This document shows positions 62,674 to 64,000 of a stretch of DNA of 64,000 bases, one piece after another; position 1 is the first letter of the stretch, and every line of letters starts with the position of its first letter. The translations under genes and the position numbers were made by a program. The DNA comes from Marsupella aquatica (taxonomy: Eukaryota; Plantae; Marchantiophyta): positions 30,759,112 to 30,823,111 of the forward strand of contig OZ316891.1 in NCBI GenBank assembly GCA_973895155.1, in the 5' to 3' direction. Under the pieces are notes generated by a model. That model saw only the letters and a program-made list of their open reading frames with translations, ran no database searches and was not told the DNA's origin.

Positions 62674-63469
62674 ATGACGGTGGCTGTGCTCAGGACTCCT
62701 GAGAAACTGAGGAGTGGTAGTACGAGGAGTGGCGGAGGAGGAGGGGGCGATGAGAGATCATTTAGCAGCACCGCGGAGAAACTGAAGAGCAGGGGAGGAT
62801 TGGAAGAGAAAGCAAGTAGCGCAGCAGAGAAGTTGAAGAAAAAATTCGATGGAGTAGAGGAGAAAGCATTGAGTAGTACCGTAGAGAAATTCAAGAGCAG
62901 GGCCGCGGTCGAAGAGCGACCATGTAACAGCATGGAGAGAGTGAAGAACAAGGTGTTCGGCGAACACGAGAAGGTGACGAGCTTCACTTCAACTACAACC
63001 CCAATGAAGAGCGGGGGAGGAGGGGGCGATGAGAGATCATTTAGCAGCACCGCGGAGAAACTGAAGAGCAGGGGAGGATTGGAAGAGAAAGCAAGTAGCG
63101 CAGCAGAGAAGTTGAAGAAAAAATTCGATGGAGTAGAGGAGAAAGCATTGAGTAGTACCGTAGAGAAATTCAAGAGCAGGGCCGCGGTCGAAGAGCGACC
63201 ATGTAACAGCATGGAGAGAGTGAAGAACAAGGTGTTCGGCGAACACGAGAAGGTGACGAGCTTCACTTCAACTACAACCCCAATGAAGAGCAGCAGCAAG
63301 GCGGGCGGGGGCGAAGAGAAAATTTTCGTCACGGTGCGAGTCAGGCCGTTGAGCAGCAAGGAATTGACGAAGGGAGATGTTGAGGACTGGGAGTGCCCGA
63401 ATGATCACACCGTCGCTTACAAGCATGCTCTACCTGATCGCTCGCCGTATCCTGCATTTTACTCTTTCG
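62674..63469 (+). CDS. Kinesin-7 (NACK1/HINKEL-like), exon 1; gene continues beyond the window
   Basis: EEKIFVTVRVRPLS...WECPNDHTV...YSF start of the motor domain, followed by donor G|GTAAG at 63470. N-terminal TP motifs as in NACK kinesins. Confidence 0.85.
62737..63291 (+). repeat. Exact in-frame tandem duplication (279-bp period, 93 aa) in the kinesin N-terminal extension
   Basis: 62737-63012 appears identical to 63016-63291; antisense ORFs 62758 and 63037 are identical and offset by 279. Confidence 0.95.
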
Positions 63470-64000
63470 GTAAGTCTCTTCTCCAAAGTTGCACTAAAGT
63501 TGCACTGCTGCGCAATGCTGTCAGTTTCACACCAGAGTGAGCTGAAGTCTTGTCCGGGCAATTATCCTAATGCTTGCTTCAAAACCATCTGTATGGTGCC
63601 CACCATGTGTATAACAATTAAATTATATCGAGGATCGTTACGGAGAGCTAAGAAGACAGATGTACCCCACCTAAATGGTGCACATCGATGCACAGTGCAT
63701 CCGCGTGCGGGGTGGAGTATCAGAGCATTGAGTAAGCGATTAAGGTTTCTGCTCGTGATGTTCTACCAGACAGAGTTTTTGGACCGGATTGCCCTACTCA
63801 GCGTGTGTACGAAGACGGTGCGAAGGACGTAGCGCTCTCTTCCCTCACCGGATTGAATTGTGAGTTTGACTTCCATCTCATGACCTCCGTGTTGGGTTTT
63901 TGCATCTTTCATTTACTTCAATAGCAACAGCTCTGCCATATAGAAGACATGCGTTTTTCTGGGGCAGCTTAGGCTTCGAATCGAATTGTAGACTCAGGTG

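Noticed and set aside
62616-63359. 247-aa hydrophobic minus-strand ORF
   Set aside because: Antisense shadow of the purine-rich kinesin exon.

Overview
Eukaryotic plant genomic DNA, probably from a non-seed land plant with flagellated sperm; this is inferred from GT-AG introns, plant-type housekeeping genes and a CCDC57-like centriolar gene. Host genes: a multi-exon CCDC57-like coiled-coil gene (-), an ICMT/PEMT-family membrane methyltransferase (+), a GT90/CAP10 glycosyltransferase (+), mevalonate kinase (+), HPRT (-) and exon 1 of a NACK-like kinesin-7 (+). The left half is a rearranged segmental duplication that appears to have been split by a ~12.3-kb inversion, and it also carries a decayed Harbinger transposon and a Pif1 helicase fragment. 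The main finding is a Ty3/Gypsy LTR retrotransposon (~37.5-46.3 kb). Its polyprotein has a complete DNMT3-like C5-cytosine DNA methyltransferase between protease and reverse transcriptase, and a PHD finger fused to the integrase C-terminus. This copy is inactivated, mostly by stops consistent with C>T changes, and has an unusual one-LTR end structure abutting a second, oppositely oriented LTR. All calls come from reading the sequence and ORF track; no searches were run.
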